From Octopus sinensis (lineage: Eukaryota), in NCBI RefSeq assembly GCF_006345805.1, contig NC_043002.1, positions 95,976,001-96,040,000 of the forward strand: a stretch of 64,000 nucleotides of DNA. The letters are read 5' to 3'. Below the pieces are notes generated by a model that did not search any database, was not told where the DNA came from, and was given only the letters and a program-made list of their open reading frames with translations. Shown in pieces: positions 63,310 through 64,000 of this stretch; positions within the stretch are counted from its first letter, which is position 1, and each line of letters opens with the position of its first letter. Both the position numbers and the translations under genes were made by a program.

Positions 63310-64000
63310 AAAGCAATCAAATTAACAAATCACCAAAACAATTAAAACCATCCACTCTCGCCTCAACTTTTTTGCTTAATGCCCAAGGCATCAGCCCTTC
63401 CACCAATACACAAAAATGGAAGATAAAATTCCTGGAGGACTGGGTCGATGCCCATCCAAACCACATCCCTTTCTTCGTCCTCACTGAAACCCATCTTAGT
63501 AACCTTCACTTGGAAGCCGAGGTGAAAGTTAAAAATTTCAAAGCCATTCGTGCTGATCGTGCTGGCAGTAGAAAGGGTGGGACTGCCATTTATGTTCATG
63601 ATTCTTTCTCAACTGAGGCTGTGAACATATTTTCCAATGGATACTGCGAAGCAGTCGCTGTATTCAGTCAAACCAACAACTTAACAGTAGTTGGGCTCTA
63701 CAGACCACCCCAAGCGCCCCTACCATGCTTCAAGGAATGCCTCAACAACATAAAGTGTTTCATTCAGCAGTGTCAACCTGACAACATTTTAATGATGGGA
63801 GACTTCAACCTTCCCAGGGTTGACTGGTCTACAAACAGTCTGCCGCCAGGTTCTTCTCTCTCAACCCCTGACAGGGAGGCAGTGGAATCGCTTCTTGACT
63901 TCATGGATGATTTCTTCCTGTCCCAACTGGTACTTGAACCAACGAGATGTCATAAAAACATCTTAGACTTAATTTTCAGCAATCACACTGATACTATCCA
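63300..64000 (+). mobile_element. LINE ORF2 N-terminal AP endonuclease (CR1/L2 group), open to the window end
   Basis: LLNAQGI, VLTETHL, RADR..RKGGTAIYV, GLYRPP, MGDFNLP.VDW, EPTR..NILDLIFSN; no stop after ATG 63300. Confidence 0.92.

Overview
AT-rich, repeat-dense animal genomic DNA; the SINE and LINE repertoire suggests an octopus (cephalopod), which is an inference. Two spliced genes lie tail-to-tail. On +, the last 9 coding exons of an ERO1-like ER oxidoreductin span 573-23453 and include a 15-nt microexon. On -, a complete 9-exon C11orf54/DUF1907 homolog spans 50923->26319 (314 aa). The rest is mobile DNA: tRNA-derived SINEs, RTE and CR1/L2-group LINEs, Penelope-like elements with hammerhead motifs, a Helitron, piggyBac-, pogo- and 8-bp-TSD MITEs, a 1.9-kb foldback nested in a MITE, and a U6 pseudogene. 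The most notable items are a LINE ORF1 with a Myb/SANT-like region plus two CCCH fingers, a PHD-type finger inside RTE ORF2, hammerhead-centred hairpins, the nested foldback and the ERO1 microexon. All family assignments are by eye from motifs; no database search was run.
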